Assembly: GCA_041674225.1 (NCBI GenBank)
Contig: JBAYWG010000001.1
Span: forward strand, 390,273 to 454,272
Direction: 5' to 3'
DNA length: 64,000 nt
DNA from: Minisyncoccota bacterium
Lineage (GTDB): Bacteria; Patescibacteriota; Minisyncoccia; Phycocordibacterales; JAACPR01
Position numbers and translations under genes: made by a program. Shown one piece after another: positions 36,623-47,206 of this stretch. Within the stretch, counting starts at the first letter, position 1. Each line of letters opens with the position of its first letter. Below the pieces are notes generated by a model, which was not told where the DNA came from, made no database searches, and was given only the letters and a program-made list of their open reading frames with translations.

Positions 36623-38773
36623 ATGATTGAAAAAATATTTAATACAAATTTAATTTCAAAATTGATTTTAAGTTTAGTTGTTCTTTTACCAATTTTCTAT
36701 TTACCAGCAAGTTTATCGTCTTTGATTTTTGCCAAAACAGCTTTGCTTTATTTTTTTGTTTTTGTTGTTGCTCTATGTGCTGTATTTGCTTTTCTAAAAT
36801 CAAAAGAAAAGTTTTTAGATTTTAGTTATTTTAAATTTGGTGCACTTGCAGTGGTGCTTTCTTATACTGTTTCGGCGTTACTTTCAGAAAGTTTCAGGGT
36901 TTCTTTTTGGGGAAGGGATTTAGCAATAGATAGTTGGGCAACAGTATTCAGTTTGTTTTTGCTGTTTTGTTTAATTACAAGACATTTCCAAAAGAGTTAT
37001 GCACTAAATGTTATTTTCAGTTTTATATTTGTTTCTGGGTTACTTTCAATTTTTCAATTATTAAATATTTTAGTTCCAAGCTTTCCAACTCTTGGGATTT
37101 TCTACGACGCATCATCTAGTATTTTGGGAAAAGTTAACGATCTCTCTTTGTTCTTGGTTGTTGGTGTTATTTTGATTACTTTAGCTCTAGAGCAGCTTAA
37201 AATGACAAGTAAGTTTAAAGCCATTCTTTATGTAATTGGTATTTTGAATTTGAGTCTAATATTGCTAATTAACTTTAATTTAAGTCTCTATATTATAATT
37301 GGTTTTGGAGTTATCTATTCAATTTATAAGTTTGTAGTTTATAAAAATATTAATCAAAAACTAAAAGGCGAAGATTTAAAAGTGTTCGGTGCCTCTTTGT
37401 TTTTGTTAACCATTTCTGTTATTTGGTTATTTTTTGGATCAGGGATAAGTTCAGAGTTATCTAAAAAATTAAATTTTAATTATGTTGAGGTTCGACCATC
37501 TCTTTCTAATACAATTGAAATAAGTAAAAAATCTTTAGAACAGAATTTATTCTTTGGATCAGGCCCAGCAACTTTTGAAAGAATGTGGCCGCAGTTGAGA
37601 TCAGATGAAGTTTTAAAAACAGATTTTTGGAATGTTGATTTTAGATTTGGATACGGATTAATTTCATCTTTTGGAGTTACTTTAGGTTCTGTAGGAGTTA
37701 TCGTGTGGATTATATTTTTGATAATGGTTCTTTCATATGTTATTAAATCGTTACTATTTAAAACAAAAGATTTAAGCTCTAAATTTATTTTAGATGCTTT
37801 TGCAATTTCAACCGTAGTTCTTTGGATTATTTCGGTGATGTATATTCCAACCATTAGCTTATTTGCTCTCGCGTTTATTTTCACAGGAATATTATTTGCT
37901 TTACTAAAAGATATTAAAGTAATAGAAGTTTTAAAAATTCAATTCAATCAATCTGCTGGAAAAATTTTAGCAATTGTATTCATTGTTGTTTTAGGAATAT
38001 TTTATTATGTGTTGTTAGGAAAATTTGTAGCACATTCATATTTTCAAAAAGCTCAGTTTGCTGTTGTTGAGAATAATACCGATCAAGCTCTAATTTATTT
38101 AGAGAAGTCTATAGAAAAAGATGATTTAGATATTTATCACCGATCTTTGTCAGTAATTTATACTAATTTTTTGTATCAAGAGATTAATAGCGAAAAAGAA
38201 TTAAATAAAGAAGAGTTGGAATCTATTATTCAGAAAATAATACAAAATTATGATTTGGCTATTAAATATGATCAAAATAATTACTCCAATTATTTGAACA
38301 TGGCTGACTTTTTTGCAGAGCTGCTGGCATTGGAAGTTTCACCAGAAGAAGCTTACACAATGTCTACTAATTTATATAACAAAGCTGGGCAACTAAAACC
38401 TAATAATCCTTATATTGAATTACAAAAATCTAAGCTGAGTTTTTTTAATCAAGAATATTCTAAAGCCAAAGAGGGAATCGCTAAAACAATCTCACTTAGA
38501 CCTCAATATTACGAAGCATATCTTGCTCTTTCTCAAATGGAACTTGAAATGGGAAATGGTCAGATTGCTGTCGATACTTTGACTGAATATTTGAAAATAA
38601 TGCCAGATGATCATAATGCGATGTTTCAATTAGGGTTACTTTATGCCGGTGTGAATGATTATCAAAATGCTGCTATTATTTTTCAAAACCTTCAATCAAT
38701 ATATCCAGAAGATCAAAACCTAAGGGGTGTGTTGGAAAACATTAAAAATGGTAATTTAAGTGATACAATATAA
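36623..38773 (+). CDS. O-antigen ligase-like polytopic membrane protein with C-terminal TPRs
   Basis: About 12 TM segments, FFGSGPATF loop, TPR-like repeats. Confidence 0.75.
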   Translation: MIEKIFNTNLISKLILSLVVLLPIFYLPASLSSLIFAKTALLYFFVFVVALCAVFAFLKSKEKFLDFSYFKFGALAVVLSYTVSALLSESFRVSFWGRDLAIDSWATVFSLFLLFCLITRHFQKSYALNVIFSFIFVSGLLSIFQLLNILVPSFPTLGIFYDASSSILGKVNDLSLFLVVGVILITLALEQLKMTSKFKAILYVIGILNLSLILLINFNLSLYIIIGFGVIYSIYKFVVYKNINQKLKGEDLKVFGASLFLLTISVIWLFFGSGISSELSKKLNFNYVEVRPSLSNTIEISKKSLEQNLFFGSGPATFERMWPQLRSDEVLKTDFWNVDFRFGYGLISSFGVTLGSVGVIVWIIFLIMVLSYVIKSLLFKTKDLSSKFILDAFAISTVVLWIISVMYIPTISLFALAFIFTGILFALLKDIKVIEVLKIQFNQSAGKILAIVFIVVLGIFYYVLLGKFVAHSYFQKAQFAVVENNTDQALIYLEKSIEKDDLDIYHRSLSVIYTNFLYQEINSEKELNKEELESIIQKIIQNYDLAIKYDQNNYSNYLNMADFFAELLALEVSPEEAYTMSTNLYNKAGQLKPNNPYIELQKSKLSFFNQEYSKAKEGIAKTISLRPQYYEAYLALSQMELEMGNGQIAVDTLTEYLKIMPDDHNAMFQLGLLYAGVNDYQNAAIIFQNLQSIYPEDQNLRGVLENIKNGNLSDTI

Positions 38774-38778
38774 ACGAT

Positions 38779-38964
38779 ATGAAAAAATTTCAACAAGTAA
38801 AATTATTAGTGTTAGTGGTTTTATTATTAGTATCGCCGATTTTATGGATAGTTTTGGGGAATATTCCGGTAGATTTTAACGACACTCAATCTTGGATTTA
38901 TTTAATTACTTTTGCAGTTTTGGCACTTGCTGTGTTTTTTGCTTTAGACTCGAATAAAAAGTAG
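38779..38964 (+). CDS. Small two-TM protein
   Basis: 61 aa, two hydrophobic helices. Confidence 0.6.
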   Translation: MKKFQQVKLLVLVVLLLVSPILWIVLGNIPVDFNDTQSWIYLITFAVLALAVFFALDSNKK

Positions 38965-39042
38965 TTTTATTGTGGATATGGTGGAAATTATTTTAAAATA
39001 ATCCGTGTTACAATTTTGATATATTCATTTAAAATAAATATA

Positions 39043-39690
39043 ATGATAAAAAACATTTTAAGCACAATATTTATTTTTACCCTGCTGATTGGATGCATTC
39101 CTTTTTTTGAACCATCGATTCTAAATGCTATAGAAGATGAAGTTCTTGTAAACCTTACTGTTGATTCTGGAATTTCTATTACATCTCCTGCGGACGTGAC
39201 AATGTCTAACTTAGGTACTTCTGTAAATACATCTACTGGTGGAGCTGTTTGGAATGTAAAAACCAATGATCCTGACGGCTATAGTCTTTCTGTAAAAGCA
39301 TCTGCTGCTCCTGCTATGGTTAGTGGTGGAAATAGTTTTTTGGATTACACCGAAGCTACACCAGGAACTCCTGATGCTTGGTCTGTTGATGCCTCTACTA
39401 TTCAATTCGGTTTTTCTGGGTTAGGGACAGATGTTGTCAATGTGAACAGTGATCAATATGCTGCTACAGGTCAAACTACATGTGATAATGGTGTGGCTTC
39501 ATCGACTGTTAATTCAACACTAAGATTTTTAGGTTTTGAAACATCAAATCAAACTCTTGCAACTCGAGCAGCAACCACAACTACGGCTGGAATTGATACG
39601 AGAATTTGTTTCGCGGCTGCGCAAAACGGAGTATATGCACCAGCAGGGGCATATCAAGCTACTATTACAGCTACTGCAGTGGCGCTTTAA
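39043..39690 (+). CDS. Secreted beta-rich surface subunit (WxL/spore-coat-U-like)
   Basis: Signal peptide; V.TN..GYSL; C-terminal AGAYQATITATAVAL. Confidence 0.7.
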   Translation: MIKNILSTIFIFTLLIGCIPFFEPSILNAIEDEVLVNLTVDSGISITSPADVTMSNLGTSVNTSTGGAVWNVKTNDPDGYSLSVKASAAPAMVSGGNSFLDYTEATPGTPDAWSVDASTIQFGFSGLGTDVVNVNSDQYAATGQTTCDNGVASSTVNSTLRFLGFETSNQTLATRAATTTTAGIDTRICFAAAQNGVYAPAGAYQATITATAVAL

Positions 39691-39693
39691 GAT

Positions 39694-40704
39694 ATGGATT
39701 ATATAATAAATTTTATGTTTAAAAGAGAATCAAAAATAAATTCTTTAGCGATTTTGTTTTCATTGATTTTTATTTTAATTTCTATCCCTCAAGTTTCTGA
39801 TGCTCAGGTTACAAGGGAACAGTTGGGAGTAGAGCTTTTGAATGATTTTGTTTTGGAACCAGCTAAAAATGAAGTTTTATTAAACCCCGGAGAATCTTCT
39901 GTGGAGTATTTATCTATTATTAATAGAAAAGCCGTAAATGTGGATTTTCAAATTCAAATAGAAGATATTGTTGGATCTGATGATATTGCAGAACAGGTAA
40001 AACTTTTAGGTGATGAAAAAGGTCCTTATTCTCTAAAAGATTTTTTGATTCCAGAAATTACGGAATTTACACTTGAGCCAGGCGAAAAAATTACTATTCC
40101 TGTACGTGTAGAGCTTTCACAGGATGCTGAGCCTCGAGGTTATTATGGTGCTTTAATTGTTTCGTCTAGAGGAGATGATAGTAGAGTAGATTCTAATGGA
40201 GAAGTAAGTGGTAAAACAGAAATTATAACTAGATTGGGTTCAATTTTTCTTGTGAGAATAAATGGAGATGTGATTGAAAAAAGTGAGCTGGTAGATTTTA
40301 AAACAATCGGTCCTAAAAAATACGTTTATTTCTCTAATCCAGAAGGTTTTGAGGTTGCGATAAAAAATAAAGGAAATGTTCACTTGGTTCACTATGGAGA
40401 AATAAAAATTAAAAATCTTTTTGGTAAAGAAGTGACTAGTCTGCCAATAAATGCTTTCTTTTCACTTCCAGATTCAACTAGATATAGAGAATTGTCGTGG
40501 AAAGATGGTTTTGCTTTTGGTTTTTATAGAGCGGAATTAGCTTTATATCAAGGTTTTGAAAATGAAGATGGTTTTCTAGATTCAAATATTTGGTTTTTTG
40601 TACTTCCTTGGAAACTAACACTAGGTTTGTTGCTGTTAGCCTTCGTTATCTTTGTAGTTATTAGATATTTTAAAAAGAATTTTAAACTGGAAAGAAAAAA
40701 ATGA
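39694..40704 (+). CDS. DUF916-like membrane-anchored surface protein
   Basis: Signal peptide, LNPGES/LEPGEK Ig-like motifs, NKGNVH, C-terminal TM + basic tail. Confidence 0.7.
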   Translation: MDYIINFMFKRESKINSLAILFSLIFILISIPQVSDAQVTREQLGVELLNDFVLEPAKNEVLLNPGESSVEYLSIINRKAVNVDFQIQIEDIVGSDDIAEQVKLLGDEKGPYSLKDFLIPEITEFTLEPGEKITIPVRVELSQDAEPRGYYGALIVSSRGDDSRVDSNGEVSGKTEIITRLGSIFLVRINGDVIEKSELVDFKTIGPKKYVYFSNPEGFEVAIKNKGNVHLVHYGEIKIKNLFGKEVTSLPINAFFSLPDSTRYRELSWKDGFAFGFYRAELALYQGFENEDGFLDSNIWFFVLPWKLTLGLLLLAFVIFVVIRYFKKNFKLERKK

Positions 40705-41456
40705 GAGATGTTTTTCATTCTATTCTAATTACATTACTAGTTTTTATTTCAATCATCCCGGTTATTTCTGTTGGACAAGTACGAGAAAGCGCAAATTATA
40801 AAATAGAAAGAGATAGTTTGAATGTAGGAGGTGGATTTAGTTCTAGTGCTAATTATCAGACGGAGAGTTCTGTTGGTGAGGTATCAACTGGTTTTTCAGA
40901 TAGCGACAACTATACTGTTTCAGCTGGATTTCAACAAAGTTTAGAGGCATCTTACATCTCAATTTCTTCTCCTGCTGACTTAAATATGGATTCTGTGAAT
41001 GGTTTGACTGGAGGTGTTTCAACTTCTTCAATTGCTTGGACTGTAACTACAAATAACAACGCAGGATATTCTTTGGCTATTAAAGCGAGCACAGATCCTG
41101 CTTTGAAATCGGTACTCGATGAATTTCAGGATTATGGAATCGCTGTGACGGATCCAGATTTTGATTTTTCTATAGATTCTACAACAGCAGAATTTGGATT
41201 TAGCCCAAGTGGGACACATATCTTAGATAAATTTAAAGATAACGGCAGTGTTTGTAATTCTGGTTCTGGAGACACTCTTTATAAGTGTTGGGAAGGTCTA
41301 GCAACTTCTTCACAAACCGTAGCTCAAAGTGCGTCTTCAAACGATCCTTCTGGAACTGTTACAACAATTCACTTTCAAGCTGAGTCTGGTGCAGATAAAA
41401 TTTTAACGGCGGGGAGTTATTCTGCTACAATAACAATGACGGCCTTGGCGCTTTAG
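40701..41456 (+). CDS. Secreted surface subunit, paralog of 39043 ORF
   Basis: Shares ISI(S/T)SPAD, W.V.TN..GYSL..KAS..PA, FGFS, AG.Y.ATIT.TA.AL. Confidence 0.75.
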   Translation: MRDVFHSILITLLVFISIIPVISVGQVRESANYKIERDSLNVGGGFSSSANYQTESSVGEVSTGFSDSDNYTVSAGFQQSLEASYISISSPADLNMDSVNGLTGGVSTSSIAWTVTTNNNAGYSLAIKASTDPALKSVLDEFQDYGIAVTDPDFDFSIDSTTAEFGFSPSGTHILDKFKDNGSVCNSGSGDTLYKCWEGLATSSQTVAQSASSNDPSGTVTTIHFQAESGADKILTAGSYSATITMTALAL

Positions 41457-41467
41457 TCATTTTTGAA

Positions 41468-42586
41468 ATGAATAAAAGAAAAGAAAGTATAATATTTTTT
41501 GTAGTAATTTTATTTTTATTTAGTACACCTCTTTTTTTAAAGGCCCAATTAAACACACAATCTGGTGATACGGATGTAAATTTGATAGTGGAGGGTTGTA
41601 ATAATAATTTAATTTGTGAGGCAAATATAGGAGAAGATTTGGCAACATGTCCTAATGATTGCTCATTTATACCTCCAGCCGAAGATGATGAAGAGCCTAC
41701 TCGTGATTCTAATCGTCCTCCTAGTTTGAGACAAGATTTTTTTTCTGAATCTAATTTAATTCAACATCTTCCACCTACTAATTTAAAAATATCAATTGAA
41801 GAAAAGAACGTTTATTTATTTTGGAATAATCCCAAAGATGTAAATTTTGATTTTATTAGAATAATGAAAAATAATTATTACACCACCAATCCATATGAAG
41901 GGAGTATTGTGTATGAAGGAAATTTAGAATCACAGTCTGATTATTTGGAAAAGTTTGATGAAGATTATTTTTATATATTTTTTGCAAAGTATAAAGATGG
42001 AAATTTCTCTGCGCCGGTAGTTGTGAGCGTGAATTCAAGAAAACCTAGTATTTTTGAAGATATTAAAAAAGAAGTGAAGGATGATATTGAAATAAATCTA
42101 GAAAAACCTTTCGAACCAATATTCTTTTCAGATAAACTAAATCTATATGAAATAAATTTTACTCAGAACGGCGAAAGAATCTTCTGGAAAAAGGATATTT
42201 TAAAGGCTTATAGCGATATTCCAATAGAATTATCTTTTTCAAAGAAAAATATTTTTGCACCAATAGATAATTATTTTATAGAAATAGATTTTTTTGATTC
42301 AAATGATGTCTTTTTGAGAAGAGAAGTGATGAAGATAGATTATATTGGAGGAGCTGAGACATATAAGGGTAATATTTCTAATCTATCTTTTGTGAGTAGA
42401 TTGAGTTTTAAAATTTACATTGCGGAAAAAGGCGAACAAAAAAATGTTGTTGCTGGTATAATAGATTTTAGTAATAAAGTAGAAGAATTTCCAACCACTA
42501 GATCTTTTGAAAAATATATACTCATAATACTCATTATGTTGTTTATATTATTCATCTTTTTCAAGAAGAAACGCAAGGATAACTAA
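41468..42586 (+). CDS. Surface protein with signal peptide and C-terminal anchor
   Basis: CNNNLICE..GE....CPNDC motif, FN3-like segment, C-terminal TM. Confidence 0.7.
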   Translation: MNKRKESIIFFVVILFLFSTPLFLKAQLNTQSGDTDVNLIVEGCNNNLICEANIGEDLATCPNDCSFIPPAEDDEEPTRDSNRPPSLRQDFFSESNLIQHLPPTNLKISIEEKNVYLFWNNPKDVNFDFIRIMKNNYYTTNPYEGSIVYEGNLESQSDYLEKFDEDYFYIFFAKYKDGNFSAPVVVSVNSRKPSIFEDIKKEVKDDIEINLEKPFEPIFFSDKLNLYEINFTQNGERIFWKKDILKAYSDIPIELSFSKKNIFAPIDNYFIEIDFFDSNDVFLRREVMKIDYIGGAETYKGNISNLSFVSRLSFKIYIAEKGEQKNVVAGIIDFSNKVEEFPTTRSFEKYILIILIMLFILFIFFKKKRKDN

Positions 42587-42644
42587 TTTTTTCAAACAAA
42601 AAAAATGTTAAAATTTAAGCGGCGATGGCCAATGCTTTTTTGTT

Positions 42645-45600
42645 ATGAAAAAATTATTAATTAAAACTTTAACATTCAAAATAATCTTAATATTGGCCTT
42701 ATTAAATTTTTCTTTAATTGATTCAAAAGACGTCTTTGCCGCTATTAATCCAGAAATAAATTATCAAGGAAGACTTCTTGATGACCTTGGAGATCCTGTT
42801 GCTGATACTGATTTTAATATTCAATTTAAACTATATACAGTAGATACTGGAGGTACGGAAATTTGGACAGAAAATCATTGTTATTCTCCGGATGATGGTG
42901 CAACTTGTGATGGAACAGGTGTAGATAGCAGAATTACCACAAGAGACGGTTTGTTTAGTGTGATGCTTGGAAGTGTCAACTCACTTTCTGATGTTGATTT
43001 CAATCAAACACTTTATTTGGGAATAAATATTGGAGGAACGGGAGACACTCCTAGTTATGACGGAGAAATGACACCTAGAAAAGTACTCGGAGCTGTACCT
43101 GCAGCTTTTGAAGCTGGAAAATTGAATGGAATTACATCCGATCAATTTTTTAGAAATGATATTTTAAATGCTACAAACAGTGCAACAACTTCACTTGCGA
43201 TTCAACAAAACGGTGCCGGAAAAGTGGCGGAATTTTTCGGCTCAACTGGAAATAGTTTGTTTACAGTGCAGTCGAATGGAAATGTGGGGATTGGGACATC
43301 AACACCATCTGCAATGCTTGCTGTACATGGAACATTCTATGCTTCAAGTACTTCAAGTTTTGGTTCTGATGTCTCACTACTTAATTCTTCAAAATTATAT
43401 TTGAACCCATATGATTATATTTATAGTAATGGTGGAGGTTCTACATATTTATCTAGCCCTTTTGCACAATCTGTATTTATAACTTCAGGACAATCAGCTC
43501 AGTCTGCCTCTCTGAAACTATCAACTTCTGAGAATAAAAGTGCTGGACTTATACATTATGACGTAGCTCATGCAAATGGAAGATTACTTGAAATGTATTC
43601 AGAACCAGGTGTTGCCTTGTCTTTTTCTCCTGCCCTTACTGAAGCAATGCGAATTACCACTGGAGGAAATGTTGGAATTGGTACAACGAATCCGACTGCC
43701 AAACTAGAAGTTAAGACTTCAGATACTGAGACATTTAGCGTATCAGGAAGAGCTCTAGGAGATTTTACCGGTTCACCAACAATTGGTGCAACAAACGGAA
43801 ACGTTTTCATAACGGATGGTGTTCGCGTTGGTAGTTATAGTGGTCTTACTTCTGTAAATATTGGACAAACCGATTACGCTAATAGTCTTATACAAGTTGG
43901 TGGTGGAAGCGCGCTGAATGGTATAGGTGTCCGACTTGGAAGTGATGAGACATACCAAGGCCCTTTTAAGGTTTTGAGTGGGAATAATACTGAGTTGTTC
44001 AGAATTATGCCAACAGGGAATGTCGGGATTGGTGCGACAGCACCTCTTGAAAAATTAGATATAGGAACTGCAGTTGCTAGCAGTGAAACAGGAAGTGCAA
44101 ATATTAAATTCAGTTACACACCCCAACCTTCAGATTTTAACAACTCTATTCGTAATTCATTTTCAGGAGTAAATAGTTTTCAAACTATGGCTTTTTATGT
44201 AAAAAGTACGAGTGAAGTAAACCCTCTTACTCTTACCGGAGATAATAGAGTTTTAATAAATGGAACACCCTCATTTAATACTGCTGTTGCTGTTGGTGCT
44301 GGGGCGGCAGGTTTGACTCCGACAGGTCAGCTTCAAATCCTCGATACTTATAATGGGGGATCTTTTGCTCACGAAACTCTGGTAATGAATTATTCTGCAA
44401 ATCAGTACAAAACAAGTTTCGGAGCTAATTTTAACAACGTTGCGGCAGACAATTTCCTTACACTTAACATTTCTTCAGGTTCATCAACTCAGGCGGCAAA
44501 TGTACAGACGTGGTTAGGAAATGGGAATGTTGGAATTGGAACAACAACACCTTCAAAAGAACTTTCAGTAGATGGTGATTTTGTGGTTACTGGTAATATT
44601 GAGGTTAGTGATTCAACTTTTCTTTCTGAAGATTATTTAAACTTTTCAAATACTGTTGGAAGCTCTGGGTTTGGGCTTAGAAACAATGCTGGTGTAATCG
44701 AGTATAAAGATTCTTCTGGTGCGTGGATTCCTTTAAATGAGATTGGTCAGGAGACATACGGGTACGTTAAATTTTCTGATGTAAAATCTGATGGTACGGA
44801 TGCTGGTACGGCAACTTCAGGCTCTTGGTTTACAAGAACTCTAAATACAGAATCAGACGATACTATTGGTTCAACTCTTTCTTCAAATACTTTTACACTA
44901 CCAGCTGGTACTTATCGCATAGATGCGAAAGTTCCGGGATTCCATGTTAATGGACATCAATCTAGGTTATATAACGTTACAGACGGTGCCGTTTCTTTAT
45001 TAGGGTCAAATGCAACTGCTGTAAATTTACTTTCTGCTACACATTCATTTATCAATGGTGTTATAACAATAGCCTCAGAAAAAACTTTTCGTATTGAACA
45101 AAGAGTTCAAACAACTAGAGCTAGTGATGGTCAGGGTTCTGATAATGGTTTTGCTGGAACTGATGAATTATATACGGTTGTAGAGGTTAGTAGTTTAACG
45201 GCAGAATCTGCAGCTTCTGGATCTTGGACAGTTAATGGAAGTGATATAAGTTTTGAAGGGGGAAAGGTTGGTATTGGAACATCTAACCCAACTACAGGTT
45301 TATTGGTTTTGGAAAGCTCTGCATCCTCAGCGTTTGACGGATTGTCGCTTATAAACAGTGTATCAGGAACAGGGCTCGGCTCTAATCGTATTTTGTTTGG
45401 TCGAAGTGTCGCTAGCAATCATCAGCAAGCCGCTATTATTTCAGATATCACGCTAGCAAACGACTTCGGTGAAGGCTACCTCGCCTTCCAGACACAGACT
45501 GCAGGAGCACTAGCGGAGCGTATGCGTATAACAAACTCAGGTGATATTGGAATTGGTACTAGTACTCCACAAAGAAGACTACATGTTCAAGTTGGTTCGG

Positions 45601-46418
45601 ATGTTGCACCTGTTCGTTTCCAAGATTCAAATGGATATTGTGAAATTAATCCAACTTCTACTACTTGGACATGTACCTCTGATCAAAGATTGAAAGAAAA
45701 CATTCTTGACGTTGCAAGCACTACACCAGATTTATTTGAAAAAATGATGCAATTACGACCTGTAACTTTTGAATGGAAAACAGATGAAACAAACACTACT
45801 CGAGTTGGGCTTATTGCTCAAGAGGTCGAACTAATTTTTCCTGAGTTTGTGACAACAGATTCTGAAACAGGCTTAAAAACTGTTGCTTACGGTTCTTTTG
45901 TTCCATATTTAATATCTGTAGTGCAAGATTTAGCTAATAAACTTGGTGAGTTAGCAAAAAGAATTGATGAAATAGATTTAGTTGGAGGATTTATTGCAAA
46001 ACTAACAATCGGTTCTAGTGAAAAACCAACTGGCGTGACTTTATATGATGAAGTGACAGGAGATCCTTATTGTATGTCTGTGAGAAATGGAGATATGGTG
46101 ACAAAATTTGGTGAATGTACAGATGAATCACAAGAACCTACAGGAAATTCTAATGATGATACTGGAGAAATACCTCATATTTTCAACTCGAATATAGAAG
46201 AAGAGGAGAATCCAGATATTATTTTTGAAGATGAAATTGTTGATGTTGAAGAAATCTCCGAGGTAGATGAAGTTGAAGAAATTATTGAAATTGAAGATGT
46301 TTCTATAATAGAAGAAACAGAAGAGGTAGAAGAAGTGGAGGAACTGGACACAACAGAAGAGGTGCAAGTGATTTTTGAAACGAATAATTCCTCAGGTTCT
46401 GTAGAATTAAATCTGTGA
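42645..46418 (+). CDS. Secreted tail-fibre-like adhesin with peptidase S74-type chaperone domain
   Basis: Signal peptide, INYQGRL N-domain, repeated GNVGIG(T/A), SDQRLKENI..GLIAQEVE..FPE.V, acidic tail. Confidence 0.85.
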   Translation: MKKLLIKTLTFKIILILALLNFSLIDSKDVFAAINPEINYQGRLLDDLGDPVADTDFNIQFKLYTVDTGGTEIWTENHCYSPDDGATCDGTGVDSRITTRDGLFSVMLGSVNSLSDVDFNQTLYLGINIGGTGDTPSYDGEMTPRKVLGAVPAAFEAGKLNGITSDQFFRNDILNATNSATTSLAIQQNGAGKVAEFFGSTGNSLFTVQSNGNVGIGTSTPSAMLAVHGTFYASSTSSFGSDVSLLNSSKLYLNPYDYIYSNGGGSTYLSSPFAQSVFITSGQSAQSASLKLSTSENKSAGLIHYDVAHANGRLLEMYSEPGVALSFSPALTEAMRITTGGNVGIGTTNPTAKLEVKTSDTETFSVSGRALGDFTGSPTIGATNGNVFITDGVRVGSYSGLTSVNIGQTDYANSLIQVGGGSALNGIGVRLGSDETYQGPFKVLSGNNTELFRIMPTGNVGIGATAPLEKLDIGTAVASSETGSANIKFSYTPQPSDFNNSIRNSFSGVNSFQTMAFYVKSTSEVNPLTLTGDNRVLINGTPSFNTAVAVGAGAAGLTPTGQLQILDTYNGGSFAHETLVMNYSANQYKTSFGANFNNVAADNFLTLNISSGSSTQAANVQTWLGNGNVGIGTTTPSKELSVDGDFVVTGNIEVSDSTFLSEDYLNFSNTVGSSGFGLRNNAGVIEYKDSSGAWIPLNEIGQETYGYVKFSDVKSDGTDAGTATSGSWFTRTLNTESDDTIGSTLSSNTFTLPAGTYRIDAKVPGFHVNGHQSRLYNVTDGAVSLLGSNATAVNLLSATHSFINGVITIASEKTFRIEQRVQTTRASDGQGSDNGFAGTDELYTVVEVSSLTAESAASGSWTVNGSDISFEGGKVGIGTSNPTTGLLVLESSASSAFDGLSLINSVSGTGLGSNRILFGRSVASNHQQAAIISDITLANDFGEGYLAFQTQTAGALAERMRITNSGDIGIGTSTPQRRLHVQVGSDVAPVRFQDSNGYCEINPTSTTWTCTSDQRLKENILDVASTTPDLFEKMMQLRPVTFEWKTDETNTTRVGLIAQEVELIFPEFVTTDSETGLKTVAYGSFVPYLISVVQDLANKLGELAKRIDEIDLVGGFIAKLTIGSSEKPTGVTLYDEVTGDPYCMSVRNGDMVTKFGECTDESQEPTGNSNDDTGEIPHIFNSNIEEEENPDIIFEDEIVDVEEISEVDEVEEIIEIEDVSIIEETEEVEEVEELDTTEEVQVIFETNNSSGSVELNL

Positions 46419-46431
46419 TAAAATTACTTTG

Positions 46432-47202
46432 ATGTCTGCTAGAAAGAAGCTCGTTATCGGCAATTGGAAAATGAATCCCCAAACTCTTATTGAAGCTAAG
46501 CGTATTTTCTCTACATTTAAAAAAACTAAAAGAGATGACAAAGGTGCGACTGTAGTTTTTTGTCCACCGTTTCCATTTATTAATGAACTTAGTAAAAGTT
46601 ATTCAGGAACTAGAATATTTTTTGGTGCACAAGATTTGTTTTGGAAAGAAGAAGGTTCTTATACAGGGGAAGTGAGTCCAAAAATTTTGCAAAGTGTTGG
46701 AGCTAAATTTGTAATTGTTGGACATTCTGAAAGAAGAAGTCTTGGAGAGAGTGAATCTGTGGTATGTGAAAAAGTAAAAGCGACTTTGAAGGCTGGAATG
46801 CACGCTGTTCTTTGTGTTGGAGAATCTACAAGAGATATTCACGGAAAATATCTGCACACTTTGAAAGAACAAATTTTGTCTGCACTAGATGGAGTTGAAG
46901 TTTCTTCTTTGAAACGATTGATTGTGGCGTATGAACCTGTTTGGACAATCGGAGAAGGACACACCGCAATTGATAATCATGATTTACATCAGACAATTTT
47001 ATTTATTAAGAAACAATTGATTGAAAAGTATGACCGAAAAGTCGGAGATGCAATCTCAATTGTTTATGGAGGATCTGTGGATTCGGAAAATGCCAATCTT
47101 TTGATTAAAGAAGGGGGAGTAGATGGATTTTTGGTTGGAAGAAATAGTTTGAATGCATTTGAATTCGCAAAAATAATTTCAGAAGTTTCAAGAAAAAAAT
47201 AA
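46432..47202 (+). CDS. tpiA: Triosephosphate isomerase
   Basis: GNWKMN, GHSERR, AYEPVW, YGGSV. Confidence 0.96.
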   Translation: MSARKKLVIGNWKMNPQTLIEAKRIFSTFKKTKRDDKGATVVFCPPFPFINELSKSYSGTRIFFGAQDLFWKEEGSYTGEVSPKILQSVGAKFVIVGHSERRSLGESESVVCEKVKATLKAGMHAVLCVGESTRDIHGKYLHTLKEQILSALDGVEVSSLKRLIVAYEPVWTIGEGHTAIDNHDLHQTILFIKKQLIEKYDRKVGDAISIVYGGSVDSENANLLIKEGGVDGFLVGRNSLNAFEFAKIISEVSRKK

Positions 47203-47206
47203 TTTT

